A DNA stretch of 64,000 bases from Chiloscyllium plagiosum (GCF_004010195.1 NC_057719.1:44804861-44868860); one strand, 5' to 3'; numbered from the stretch's first letter, positions 37,139-51,454 are shown. Numbers and translations are program-made. Notes: generated by a model not told the origin, from the letters alone.

Positions 37139-38699
37139 AAAAAAAAGGGAAAAGTAATTGTTTGAAAAGAAACCTACACTGTAGACTTGTTAGCTAAAAC
37201 AGACATTGGAAACCTGTTAAGATCCCACTCAAAATATAAAAGAGCTTGTGATCTGTACTGAATTTCTAAATATTTATGAGACCGCCTACATAAATGTTTA
37301 AATGACTACTTCTGTTAATTGTTCACTTGAAGAGAATAGAATTATTTTATGTACACTCCACTTTGCTATTCAATTAAAGAATGACTGTAAGGAATTATTC
37401 CTATTTTCATTTGTATAGTTTATATGAAAAATCACATGAAGTTATGTATGGTGTTAGAACTTATACAGCTGCTGACTTGCATGTTGATTAGGTTTTGATG
37501 CACATGTGCTACTCAAACTGCTATAACCATACCAATTGATTTAATAATATAAATCATAATATGGTGAATAAAGCTTCTGAGAGTTATATCACTATTATAC
37601 AGCTACAGTTAACTTTGTTGTATGAGTTCTTCACATGTGATGCAAAGAGTTCAAACATTTAAAAATTACTTTGCAATTGCTTTACTCCCTGGACCAAAAG
37701 AAACAGTAGTAGAGTTTGGGCACATTGTTCAGTGACTATTTATAAGATTTAATAATTGATTTATTACTCCAAAACTGAAGGAGTTTTAAAATTTCTCAAA
37801 GACAAATATTAATATTTATATTATTGCATAACAGGAATCACATCCCATACAGTTGGGTATCTCTCAACAATGGAGTGTAAAATAGGTGCCTGACCAAACC
37901 TGCCTTCTTTTCATCAGATGGGTTACGTGACTTTAAAATGACTGCTTTGTAATCAACAATGTCATTAAACCAATCCAGAATACCTTATTGCTTCCAATTA
38001 TGCCATTCCAGTAAATTGGACATTGTACCATCATCCAGTTCATTCAGGGGTCAGGAGATATGATCAGTGGGAAATCTCGCAGATGACACTAACCTGTTGG
38101 TTCTGTCTGCTTTTAAAGAGACAGATTGTTTGGTCACATTCTCCAATACTGATAAAAGTGACTAGCATAATTAAGTACTTCTGAAATGATAAAGTATCAG
38201 CTTGTACTGTTCCAGTATTCCTAATACAATAAAGAATTAGCTGCTGCACTTTGTATATGTGTGTAATATGATTGCAACTGGAGGGCTGAAGGGCCTGTTT
38301 CTGTGCTGTATTGTTCTTTGTTCTTTTGTTCAATAATATTTGTGCTCTTCGTTTAAGGTTGAAGTACATTTTGAGTACTCTGTAAATTCTATCTTTGTGT
38401 TATTTACCATTATACGACTGTAATATCCTTTACCTTGAGGTAAATATCACCAGCAGATTGTGTGTGTGGAATTAAGTCGTAGATTATGTTTAGTTCAGGA
38501 ATCTTCGATAACTTACCATACCGTAGTGGGGTTGATACAGTTAGCATGGCTCATGTACATTCATGAGTTGTTCCATATCCAAATTCATCCTAGGCCAGTA
38601 CATAGATACTCATGCTAACTGTATATTCAATACCTATGTGTCCCTGCTGTAACATGGACATGATGTATGGGTTATAATGCTTTTGGACTTCCTTTTCCT

Positions 38700-39950
38700 T
38701 TGAAAATGACTTGTTGCTATAGATAAAATTTGGTTCTTTATTGTCAAAATGAATTAATTCTCTCAAGTGGTATTTGAATACTGTTAGGCCACCCCTGGAT
38801 AATGACCTTTTGCAACTCCTTATGGTTGTTCATCTTTCTCTGTTGCTACTTGCAACAGTTTTCACTGGCTTTGGCCAAAGTGTAACAACCCAACCTTGAG
38901 GATGTCTTTAACTTTATAGCTTAGAGCATTGACATGTAGATCAAGAGGAGTGCTATGGTCATTGTATGGGATGAGTAATCTGCTCAACATGTCAGATGTA
39001 ATTATCCTGGAACCTGGCTGTACCTCACTTCTCCACAGTCATATCCTTACAATTATTCACTTACTTGATTGTGTCATGTTTAACCTGTTCTGCCACAGTG
39101 GTTATGGTTTAATTTCATGTATTGTGATGGTATGCCAAAATCTTTGCATACTGGTAATCCTGCCACAACAAGAATTATAAGATTGAGTCTTTCAGGATGC
39201 CACAATGAGTATTGCACTCTGATTCTGCCAATGCATGCAATTAGTGATCTATGATACGTGTGAAGTCAGTCTTTCATAGGTTGTAGCGTGGAGCATCACT
39301 TATAGGGCCTTGCAGACTGTGTGCAGAGGTAATATATTTTAGTATGTTGTTCTACTTTTTATAGCCAATGATATAGGTCACAATCACCTTATAACATCAA
39401 CATGGTGTGTCAGGTTAATAACTGTGGTCACCTTCTGAAATTCTGACTCTGAACCTCAATGGATATGTTTACACCTTTTGTTAAGTTTCCTTGCAGCCAG
39501 TGTTGAAGTGATGTATTATCTTATTAGTCACATGTTATAGTCTGTTTATTTCCTTTGGAACTGGACTTCCTGCACGTGGGTACCCAACATTCTTGGTGCC
39601 ACAGGCTTTATTGATATCAAAAGGTTGAACTGCTTTTCAACCATTTATTTGTTCCCATGCCTTTTCTTAAAACATGTGCGAATACATTTTGCTTTAACTG
39701 TTAGGATTTGGAAAAATGTCTTTTCGTGTGGGAAAGGGTCAGAAGAATCCCAAAACATGTCATGGGTTGGAGTTTCTACTCTTGATCCTGTTACCTCCTA
39801 CTGAGTGTCTGCATGTGTCCATATCAGATGAAAATGCTTCTGTGATGCTGTTCATGGTGGAATAAACAGATCCTGAATGAGCGCACTTGTGAAAGCAGTG
39901 ATTTTCATCAGCTGTCAGAGGGCTGTAATGTCTGGAGAATACAAAATCAG
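38700..39950 (-). mobile_element. Possible ancient Gypsy pol (RNase H/integrase) remnant
   Basis: Correctly ordered minus-strand fragments: ILYSP..TAD, DLYHW..ILKYI..C.VCKA (HHCC-like), LQPM, IIDH, GLP, CKDFGI..GRAEQVN-like. Very decayed. Confidence 0.35.
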
Positions 39951-39985
39951 TGTCCCCAGTATGGAATAAGAAGAAAATAAACCAT

Positions 39986-40300
39986 GGGGTGGCACGGTGG
40001 CATAGTGGTTAGCACCGCTGCCTCACAGCACCAGGGTCCCAGGTTCAATTCCAGCCTCGGACGACTGTCTGTGTGGAGTTTGCACATCCTCCCCGTGTCT
40101 GCATGGGTTTCCTCCGGGTGTCCGGTTTCCTCCCACAGTCCAAAGATGTGCCAGCCAGGTGAATTTGCCATGCTAAATTGCCCGTAGTGTTAGGTGCATT
40201 AGTCAGAGGGAAATGGGTCTGGGTGGGTTACTCTTTGGAGGGTTGGTGTGGACTGATTGAGCCAAAGGGTCAGTTTCCACACTGTACGGAATCTAATCTA
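39986..40300 (+). mobile_element. HE1-type V-SINE
   Basis: Same head, V-domain and ATCTAATCTA tail as 36821-37138. Confidence 0.9.
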
Positions 40301-43300
40301 ATTTCGATGATGATAATGGGTATAATAAAAATTTGTTATCCATGTGTTTTGAGAAGTGTGGGATTTTTAAATGTAGTATCCCTTTAAGAGTAAGTTGGAC
40401 TGGAGAGCATTTTGAAAGGAAACCAATTGCATTCCATAATTTGGTTCCAAAAAATCCCCTCGTGTTACCAATGGGATGAACAGCTAAAAAAACAAAGGAT
40501 AAATACAAAATGAATTGTAGTGGTGAGAGGTTACAACATATAGAATTTGTATACAGAGGAAACAAGAAAATTTCTCTAAATGACACCCAGGTTTCTCTTT
40601 GCTAGTTTTCGACCAGAACCTAGTGTTGTGGCAGGGCCCTGAAAATAGGGGAGACTGTGTTATTGTGTGCTTTGTACTTGGAGCAGACAGAATACTGAAG
40701 GCAGAAACGGTGCGAGATTATGGATAGGATAAGACTTGTTACAGCTGCCAGAGCCTACCAAAGTTTTTAAAGGGGTTAGAGAAGGATGTCTTGTAGTGAT
40801 TCTGTGTCATCTGGGCTGTCACAACCCGAGATGAGGAAGATTTGTAGATGTTTGCTTTTGTCAATGCTCACTGTGTTTGGGACCCTTGAATGAAATATGG
40901 GTGCTGGGCAATGTGGTTTAAGTGTTGAAACATTTGGTTACATAGTATGAGACCCTACAAAATTGAGGTAAAAATATTGTATTTACGTATTTGTAAAAAG
41001 CAGAATAGTGTTTATCGTTGTGAATGATGTTTCATAAAGTGAATGACTAATTAACAATGTGAAATGACAAACACGGTTGGAAAGCGGTGTCCTGAAGTAC
41101 ATTAGTTGAAAAGAAAGATCACTTGCCCAACATTTATTTATCAGCAGTGTTTTCTGTTTTTGTATTTGTAAAATCTAGCACTGTAATGATTCGTTTAAAA
41201 AAATACTTCTCTGTTAGCAATTGGCATTTATTAGAAATGTCAAATCTTCACTCAAACCTTTTTTTACAAAGCAAATTTTCAATACAGTGGCTGGATATCT
41301 TGGTATGCATTAATAAAGTTGAGTTAAATACAGGCTTAATCTCTGTTCCATAAAATGTGAGACTTAAAAATAAATGCATTGTGGAATTTTACTGTAGTTA
41401 TATGCATGCACACCGAAATATGTTTATGGATATGGAAGTGCTGCAATGACCACCATTCAATAGTAAAATTTCAAATAACAGCCTATCAATATCTGGGTAG
41501 GCCTTGAAATAGACCATCCTGCCATCATAGAGGATTCAGCATCCTATATGCTGGCATAACATTGTTTATGGCACTGGAAACTGTATTCACGGCATGATTT
41601 GTCAAACTTATTTGGACTGTAATCCCTTCTATTATTTAACATCACTCCTCCAAAGTTTATTTCAATAAACCTCCATTAGTTTAAGGCAGTGCATCTCCTG
41701 GTAATGAAGTTTAATTTAATGAATGAAGTGATGGCCCATTTTACTATAATGAAGAAAATCTCAAAATTCTAAACTGGAAAAACTATTTGAAATGGTTTAA
41801 AAGCCCTGTGTTTTTAGAAGAACGTTTTGATACATAAAAGAAAGCTACCATAGAAGTTGTATTATCAGTTTGTAAATCAGCAAGTTAATGATTTTGAATT
41901 TCAACAAGAACACTAGTGTGTTTTTTTGTAATATTTACATAAGCAGGGCTGTTCCATTATTACTCTATTACTATACAGAATTAACTTGTAATGTTGATAA
42001 GGATTTTTGAATTTCATTTCTAAGTAGTAATTTAAAAGATTATTGCTAAAAGAACAGTGAAACTTTTAATAAAAGGTACATAGTTCTAAACAAGACTAGT
42101 TGCAGACTGCTAGATTGGTTGCATGAAACCAGGCTATTTGGTTGTTAAATTGTAAAATGGGAAGCTTATGTATCCACTCTTTTTTTCTCCTGTTGAAAAA
42201 ACGGTTTTATAATTGCATGAAAAACCACAACTAAATATATGTTCAAGTATAAACATTGCTGCCATGTTTATCTTCAGTGACGTTCATTCTCATCAGTTTT
42301 GTTTTGTGAAGTTTAGTAAACATTACAAATAAGCGACTAGAAGTTGGAGTTTTTCCTCTTTTACTCATCAGAACGAGGACTCAAATGCCAAACAAAAATG
42401 TTAAATTTCCAGTCATCTTTCAATAACATTGTGAAACATACACGATCTCAAATGTGCAAAATTGTTTTTGTTTTGGGTGTGCCTTTTGCTGTCTAATCTC
42501 CAAGCTCTAGAATTCCTTTCCTTTATTCTCATGACTTTTCACCCCTATTCCTTTTGAGCTTCAATCACTGAAGACCTAATTTTGACCTAAAAATTGAAGA
42601 ACTAATTTTGACCATTTTTTTTAGTCACCCATCTGAATACGACCTTCTTTGGCTCTGTATCAGTTTTTTTGTCTGAGGACCCTCCTGTGAAACACCCTTC
42701 AGGTTGCCTGTATTAAGTGTAAACTTTTTAATCTTATAAGTAGTAACCATGGGCAGAATTTTGTGCATATTGATTGAAGTATGGTCATAGATGTTAAAGC
42801 CAGCAGAATGCCCCTATCCTGTCACCACCTGAATGTAAAGCCTGCAGAACCTTGTACCTATCATGCACCAAAGTGGTCACTCAGTGGGCTTTCTGCTGGA
42901 AATGCTTCCCAATGCTGCCATCTCTTGCCTAACCTGAAGCTGTTGGCATGGTAAGCTGAAATTTCAGGAGCAGTGGGCATGGGAGTTATCTGTTTGAGAG
43001 AGATCACGTTGGGGAAGGTGGTCAGAAACCCCTGAACACATCCCTGCCCCAGTCAACCCAGATTGGGGTTCCTATTCCCTTATCCTGGTGGGCGAGTCCA
43101 TCATGCCAGTTGGTCATATTGCCCCTTGGGAACAGGTTTAATCATAGTTATCTGAAGAGGCCCTTGACTCATCACTGATCACACAAACATTTCAATTGGT
43201 GCCAGGGTGGGATAGCCTTTCCTGTGCCAACACCACATTAAAGAACTCTCTAATGCCCACCTGCCTGACTGTCGTCCTCCCACTGCCATGTTCCCCACCT

Positions 43301-46300
43301 TTGTTTGGGAGGGAAATATTGTACCCTCTTGTTATGGATTGGAAAAATTTGGTTGGCCCCCATAAACATGCTGGAAGAGCATGACAGTTAATTTTTAAAA
43401 GGTGCTGCATCAGGTACTGGAGATCTACAGTTCTCCAATAACCGTTAAAAGGCTTAATTTTGTTTTAAAAAGGGTGTTGCTTTCTTTGCATATATACAGC
43501 TAATAAAACAATTTATAAAGAACCTTTTTACTGTCATAAAATGTCAAGTTCTTCACAAGGTCATTCTGAAACAAATCAAGACCACTGAGCCGCATTAGAA
43601 TAGATGGTCAGGTAATCAAAATCTCAGTCAGGAAGGGAGGTTGAAAGGAATATCTTAAAGTCAGGCACTTGAAATTTAAAAGAACACAAAGAGCTTCTTA
43701 AAAAGAGGCATCCAGAAATGCAAATTTCGACCATAATATCACTACTGAGAAGCTGTAGATCTCTTTTCTAGAGGGCAAAATGGAGGGCAGCAGTAAGAGG
43801 GGTGGAAATAGATCTGATTGGTTGACAGATGTCAAGAGAGCTTGCATGTGAGTCACAGTGGATGTTTGAGAATGGTGCAAATGCATTAAGTACACAAACC
43901 GTGACAGCAGATAAGCTTCTGCAGAGCTAGAAAATAGTTGGTGAGATGTGGGGTGGGAGCTTTATGGCTAGGTAACTGAAGGCCTGGTCACTGCTGGTGC
44001 AGCTATTAAAATGGGGAAGCTCAAGGCCTAATTTAAATCAATAACAAATTTCTCAAAAGGTTGTAGACCCGGAGGAGATTATAGAACTGGGGTGCAATTG
44101 AATAGTGGAAACATTTTCGGGGGGGGGGGGTGTAATGTTGGAGCGGAAGGGAAGAGAATTTTAAAACCAACATTTTGCTCGACAAGAGTTAATTTAGGTC
44201 AGTGAGCACAGTGGTGCTAGGCGAGTGGAACTTGGTGCGACCTGAGACATTAGCAGCAGAGTTTTTGGATGATCTCCGGTTTACTGGGGGAGACAAGCTA
44301 CAGAATATTGGTACAGAGGTAACAAAGTTAGGAATAATGGTTTCACCAGCAAATCAACTGAGATGTGGCAATGTTGGATGATTATTACAAAGGTGGATGG
44401 GAATAGGTATTTCAGTGATTGTGCAAGTATGAGTCAGAAGCTGAAGCTTTGTATCAAAAAGATACAAAGAGTGTGAACAGACTGATGTAATCTCTGCCTA
44501 TTAACAGGGAGAGGGATGGAGTTAGTAGCTAGGGAACAGAATGTGGAGTAGGGACAAAAACAATGGATTTGATCCTTTCAATTATTTAATGGAAGGTAAT
44601 TTCTGATTATTCAGAACTCGATGTTGGATAAGCCATCTGATAATTTAACAATAGTGCAGGAATTAGAAGAGAGGCATTGGTTCAGATTTCCAGCATCTGC
44701 AGTTGTTTGTTTTTTTTCTGATGGTGGAGAGACTTTGTTGATCAACTGTCAAAGGGTGTGGACATGTTACAATAGATGGACCACCGTCACATTGGATGTG
44801 ATTTGCGACTTTGGGAGTTATTCTGTTACTATGGGTGAGGTGGAAATTTGATTGAAGAGATTCAGTTGGAGTAATGTTTCAGGAAGGATGTGAATGATTT
44901 TGGGAAGTCCAAATTATTTCAAGAATGTTGGAAATGAGAATAGATTTACCATTGTACAATTTTATGGCTGTAAAATTGAACAAGGAGGATGTTCCTATAC
45001 CGTTGTAGGTATTTTCTAATCAACCTGTTCAGAGGTGTTATTGCACACCTCATGAACAGGTAAGAGCTGAATCGGGATCTCCTAGTCCTGAGTAGAGACA
45101 CTAGCATGACATCACAACAGCCCTCTCCCTGTATTGGTGTAACCTGAGCTGGTGTGCTGGAAAATTGTTTCACAGATCTGAATAACCGAGTTTCCAACCA
45201 TTTCTAGCTCCTCTAACAAATCTCCAGAACCACTTCACTGGAAATTGGGGATAAATTAAGTATGCAAGTACTGTTGGAGCATCGTATGTCATATGTGCTG
45301 ACTCTATAACAAAGCCCCAGGTTGCTGGGATTACTCGAGGCCACTGAATAGGACGCTGCAAGTCTGACATCAAAGCAGAAGTAAATTTTAAAACAATGCT
45401 GATATAAATTGCAAAGGTTTGAAATTAAAGTCAAAGCAAAACCTTGGAAATCTACAACAGGCATGTCAGCATTTGAAAAAGGGTAAGGTAGCAAAATCAT
45501 TCAGAAATGCTTTGTTGAAGAACATTTTGAATATTTACTAATGCTGATTTGCATATTGTTTTCTCATTTTTATTAGAAGCCACTTCTTTTGTAATGGCTT
45601 CTGGATGATTGTAGAGAACTCAACAGCAGGTTCTTTTAGTGTGACAGTCTTTAAGAATTACTGCGAGGTTATTAGCAAATGATTCTCCTATATTGCAATG
45701 TGATGACCAAAGATAAATAGGCTTAGAGTTGCCAAAAAGTTCTGGACCATTTCACAACTAATGCAATTAATAAAAGGCATCCTATTTCCTTCACTTGGGG
45801 TTGTGACTGTGATTAATGGATATATATGGCTCCTGAAAGTAAATCCACATTTGGAAATGGATTGGCATTATAACTTCATATAGATAATGGCAGCTGCCTG
45901 TGTTTACCAAGTGTGAATAGTGGAAGGCGGCTCCTTGCCCAAAGTGTTGAGTTCCTCTGGGAGTGCAAAGGAAGCTGGGAATCTGTCGATAGGCTGTGGA
46001 TAAGCATCATAAGGCCCTTGACATTGTTACAGATGAGGCAGCTGTCCCATGATGGGACTGCTGCACCTGTTTAGAAAGGGCACTGAAGGGGAGAATGCTT
46101 CTTTACAATAAAAGAAATTGAGCCACTTCTTGGCATTCTTGCTAGCTGTTTCTCGTTCCATGTTGAACAGTCATCTGATATTTTGGCCCTGGCATTCTCA
46201 GTGTGCCACTTCTGAATTATCTGGAGCACCAGGAATTGTTGCAACTGATTTCACCTCCATTCCTAATCTGGATTAATTGCTGCATGCACACAGCACGTTA

Positions 46301-46599
46301 TAAGCCTTGTAAATTCTCATTAGTTCTGCCATTGGATTGATCTGATGACTGCATGATGTGCTCAGAGGGACTGCATTTAGTGTTAAATGTTATTTTTCTT
46401 ATGGACACACCCAAGGAATTTCCAGGACTACTCAAAACCTGAATGGCTTTCAGCACAACTAAAGATTTCTAATATCTTCAAGATTAGTAATCAGTACCTT
46501 TTTAGTCTTGTTCGATATGAAATCCTTTGGTACTTCTGAATATACCGACTTGCTGATATTGATGCAATACTTACAAGCCCCCCAGGTTTTCGAGAGCTG

Positions 46600-46822
46600 T
46601 TGCTGTCTGTAATATTTAAAATAACTTGTCACCATCAAAGCACTGTTGGAACTGTCATTGCTGGAATGTAGGGAGCATAGCAACCTCGCACAAACAGCAA
46701 TGTGATAATAACCAGATAATGTGTTATTTTTGGGATGTTGATTGAGATCTAAATATTGGGCAGGATATAATTCCCCTGGTCGTCTTTGAAATATTGTCAG
46801 GGGATTATTTATATTCACTCTG
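46600..46822 (-). mobile_element. Deu-domain SINE fragment (SacSINE1/AmnSINE1 superfamily)
   Basis: CACAAACAGCAATGTGATAATAACCAGATAAT..GATGTTGATTGAG..TAAATATTGG.CAGGA matches the reverse complement of the Deu core as I recall it. Confidence 0.65.
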
Positions 46823-46967
46823 GCAGAAGAACATAAGGGGCCGAATGGCTTATATCTTAAGTCTGCTCACCGTTCCATAAGATCATGGTGATCGGCCTCA
46901 AACCTCAACTCCTCTTGTTCCAGTTCAGCAAAGCTCACAACTCCCCAATATTTCAAAAATCTATGTT

Positions 46968-47182
46968 CAGGAAGTGCCTGATTTATGAACATCTGACTTA
47001 GAAAAGCTTGTGCTTACCAACTGATCCCATACAGGAGTGTAATTTATAAACCCAGCATATGAACATTTCCTGTGCTTATCACGAGTTGATTTATTTTGAC
47101 TGCATTGTGTTCTGGCTCACGTATAAACCAACTTGCTAACAGACTCAAGAACAGAATCGGTATGCAAGCTGGGAACTACCTG
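46968..47182. mobile_element. Old Tigger/pogo-like MITE
   Basis: Imperfect TIRs: CAGGAAGTGCCTGATTTATG on the left, and the right end reads CAGGTAGTTCCCAGCTTGCA in reverse complement. It interrupts CR1 sequence; the TA TSD is decayed. Confidence 0.55.
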
Positions 47183-47733
47183 CACCTCTACTTTCACAGA
47201 CTTGTAGTGGTCCGTGCTCCACAACTTTAAGTTAGAGGATTCCACATGAAGAAAATCCTTCATATTTCTACTCTGGATGTCTCCTAGGTCATGGTTCCCC
47301 AATGAGTGGAAACATCTTCTCAAAATCTATTTTCCCAAGTCCCTTCTGATATTTGTATGTGTCAATAAGATCACACCGTATTCTTCTATGCTCCAATGAA
47401 TAAAGCACTAACCTGTTTAGCTGTTCATGATAGTCAGCTCTTTTTATCCCAGTCAGTCCAATGAATCTCATTTGAAATGCCCCCAATGCCAGTATATCTA
47501 TCTTAAGTATGAGGGCCAAACCTGTACTCCATACTTCAGGTGTGACTTCACCAGCATTTTGTACAGCTACAGCAAGACTTTCAAACTTTAAATGTCAGTG
47601 CTCTAGCAATAGGCTAAAATTCCAGTTGCTGCCTTAGTTACTCACTGCATCCACTTGCTAACTTTTTGAGATTCATGATCACGAACACCCAGATCCTTTT
47701 GTACTGCACTTTAATGGAATCTCTCTCCATTTA

Positions 47734-48008
47734 CAGGGCAACCTCGATTACCCAAGCGAGACAGGCAGGGAGTAATTTGGTCGGATAATTGATCATTCAG
47801 ATAACTGATCTGATCGTAAACAAACAGTAATTGATGAGTACCTGCCTTTCAAACCTGCCTCAAGGTTATCTGGCAATGCACGCCACAATGCCGTTTAACT
47901 GATAACTGGATACTGAGTTGCCTAACGCTGTTTTTACAGGACCTTGAGATCTTGTTCAGATAATCCAAAATGCAGATAATTAATGTTCGGATAACCGAGG
48001 TTGTACAG
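47734..48008. mobile_element. Tigger/pogo-like MITE
   Basis: TA at 47732-47733 and 48009-48010. TIRs CAGGGCAACCTCGATTACCCAA and (reverse complement) CTGTACAACCTCGGTTATCCGAA; internal CGGATAA/CAGATAA repeats. Confidence 0.75.
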
Positions 48009-51000
48009 TAAATAATAATCTCCTTTTTGATTCTTCCCATCAAAGTGCATGACTTCCCACTTCCCGATATTGAATTCCATCGACCAATTTTTGTCCACTC
48101 ATTGAACCTATCTGTATCCCAATGCAGATTCCTTATGTCCACATCGCACCATACCTTCCCACTCATCTTTGTACCGTCTTTGTCAGTAAATTAGTCTTCA
48201 CTCCCCTCCCAAATTATTACTGTGAGCATTAAATAATTGAGGCCCTGTACCTGAAACTTGTGGCACTCCATTAGTTGGTGTCTTTTCTGTGTTAACCAAT
48301 CCTCAATCCATGTAATATGTGCCCCCCAGTACTGTGACCTCCCATCTTGTGCAATAACCTTTTTATGTGTTAGCCTATCAAATGCCTCCTGAAAAACATT
48401 ACCTTTATCAGTTCCCCTTTATCATCTATGCTTGTTATTTTCACAAAGAACTCTAGCAAATTTGTCAAATGTTGATTCTTTAATTGACTGATTCACTTTT
48501 AGCTTTTCTAAATGACCTGCTATTTCTTCTTTAATAAACAGCTCTAGAATTTTCTCAGACAAATGTTAGTTAAACCCGCCAATTAATTTCCTGATTTCTG
48601 CCTTCCTCCCTTCTTGAATAGAGGTGTCACATTAGCAGTTTTCCAATTCTCTGGAACTTTCCCAGAATCCAGTCAGTTTTGAAATATTTTGACCAATGTC
48701 TCCACTACCTCTGCAGCCACTTCCCTTAAAACCCTTTAGATGCAGATTACCAGGTCCCAGTGACTTCTACCTTCAGTCTCAGTAATTTATCACATACTTA
48801 TCCCTCATGATAGACACATTATCTTGTGATAGACACAAGATCTTCCCCCCCCCGCCCCCACCCCATTAGCACCTTGCTTACCTGTTACATTTGAGCTGTT
48901 TATAATGCTCTCCATTGTGAAGATCGATGCAAAATGTTATATGTATTATTTTGCCGTTTCCCTGTTGCCCATTATTAATTCCCCAGATGCATCCTCTGAG
49001 GGTTCCACATTTACTTAGCTATTCTCTTTTTGAATACATTTTCTTAATTGTTCATCCCTCGCATGGATCCTTCTTTTTGACCAGATTGTTGGAAATTTGA
49101 TTTAGCATCACATCTGAGAAACAGCACCTCGTGCAGTGCTTCCTTAGTCTGATGTAGTACTATCAGCCAGGACTGGACTCTGGCTCAGAGACAGGGACAC
49201 AAACATTGCATCAGACCTCCCCCCACCAAAACACAACGCACTTGCCCAATGTGGAGATCGAAGCGATGCCCCTGAGATTATGATCACTGTGTTCCACTCA
49301 CAGCACCAGCCAGGCTCAAACTGAGTATTTGAAAGTAAAGTTCGACTGTTGAGGCATTTTTTTTAACAGAAGAGCACAATCATGGGGAACAAGAGTTCCT
49401 TAGCACCTTGGTTGAGGCATTGCAATGGAGAATTAAAGTTGCCTTGCCAACCACTCAGCACCCTTTTATTGTGCAGTATACCATTTGGCATTCTTGCATC
49501 TGTCCTGATTAATGCTGGATGCAAGCCTTCAGCAGTATGTCTCTTGTTTGTAACAACTTATTTCATACTTCATTGCATGTCGTTAAGTAACATTAAATGA
49601 CTTCCTTTTAATTCAGTTAATGACTTTGTGAATGAATGAGTGATTTGTTGTCACTTGCACTTAACGGTGAATAATACAGTAAATACAGTGAAAAGCTTCA
49701 ACACAATCTGGTACCATTTTAAATAGGTTAGGAATAAAAAGGATAAATGATAGAACTGAAAGAGAGTCATGAGCCAGCTGACCAATGATACCTGCGTGCC
49801 ATGCTGCCTCTTCTACCTCACTGCCACCTGTGTCAGACCCACCAATGTAGGAGTCACCACTCTTCAGGTGCCATCTCTTTGCTGCTGAGCCCACCTCACC
49901 ACCGCTGATGCTGATGCCAGGTCCCGTGCTGAATCAACACTCACTGGCAACCAGGAGTTCCCCGGCATCGTCGCCACATCAGTGACGCCAGGAGTCCCAG
50001 TTCCGGGTATACCACGCTGCTGCTATTGCAGCTGCTGCTTAGGAGAAATCAGAACGTGCTCTTAATGTTGAGAGGTTAGCAGCAAGGGGAAGATATTCAT
50101 GCACACATGTCGCTTAAAGACATTGCACAGGTATGAAAAGAAAAGCACTTAATGAAATTGTGGCCTTTATCTCAATGAGTTTTCAAATACAAAACTAAAG
50201 AAATGATGCTCCAGTTGCACAATGCCATCTAAAATATGCTGTTATGTTTTGGACCCTGCAGCTGAGGATAAATATATTGGCTGTGGAGTCAGCTACTAGG
50301 GCTTAAAGGGTTAAATCTGGCTTCAATAATGTAACTTAAAAGCTTTTTTCATCCTGCTTGCAAGCATTTCTGATTGACCAAGATAAATCTATGCAAAGTG
50401 TAGACGTGTATTGTCTTTACTAGTTTCAATATCATTGTAGAGTTTGTGGATGTGTGTTGTTTATTTTAAATAGCATACTTTATACTGGCCTAGTAAGTTG
50501 CTGGAGCTAATTGAAACTACAAGGCAGTTTTGTATTCATCAAAGACTTCCTTTTAGTTTCTCATGGCACAGAACAGTGTCTCTTTTGAGTCCCTTCCATA
50601 TTGAAGCAAGCTAACAGCTAAAGTGGGTCACTATTCTTTATATGTTTCTCATTTCGTTTATTCTGTATTTTTGCATGGAGATATGCCTTTCGTCAAAGTA
50701 AATAAAATGTTAAAACTATTTGGGGCAGATTGTGAAATGTCTTGTTGTCTATGGCTGAACTCAGTTCAACGCTGAACAATGAAATAGTCTTTTCCTCCGA
50801 ATTCAGAGAGCCATTAGTGGTATATCTGGAATCAAGAAGGTCAGCCATTTGTTGGTTAGACAATTCAGGAATATTGGTTAGAATTTAAAGCTATCTTTTG
50901 GCTATTTAGATGGAAATGTATAATATTGAGAAGCAATGAAGGACACTATTTCAGCCATATCTTGTTTGAATCTAAAAGGTAAATTTGAAAGATTTCACCA

Positions 51001-51454
51001 CACGTTAGAATGTATCTGACATAGGAAGCATTGTACAAACTGTGTTACACTTGGTTTAGAAGTCTTTCATGACATTGAGTTCCGTAAAATAATTGTCTTG
51101 CCATATTTTTCTCCCATTAAGTATAAGTTGTATAAAAATAACTTTCTTTTGTTTTCATGAGCTATTTCTCCTCCCTTAGCAGCAGACCTCAATAGCAAGC
51201 CACAGCAGTGTCAGTGTAATATTAAAATGCCAAATAACAACTGTTTCAGATTACCAGTATAGCTTTGCTTCTCATTCTGTTTAAGCTGTGCCGTTCCCAA
51301 TGTAAAATTGAGTAGGTTCACTTCAATGGTTGAACTTTCAAGTCTTGATTTTATTGCTGAGTTTATGTTCACAGAAATGTGAATGTCATCAAAACATTGA
51401 AAGACAGGTTTAGCTCTCTAATCCAGAGATATGTGTCACTCCAACAACTTTTGA

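Larger units (their letters stand above)
46828..49030 (-). mobile_element. Old CR1 ORF2/3' fragment carrying two nested MITEs
   Basis: Minus-strand LYSLE.RRIRCDLIDTYK and DTDRFNEW.K.W...FN.GK. The host sequence rejoins across both TA-flanked insertions. Confidence 0.75.

Noticed and set aside
40570..40920. Possible alternative non-coding exon
   Set aside because: Slightly GC-richer with an acceptor-like TTTCTCTTTGCTAG, but there is no convincing donor or other evidence.
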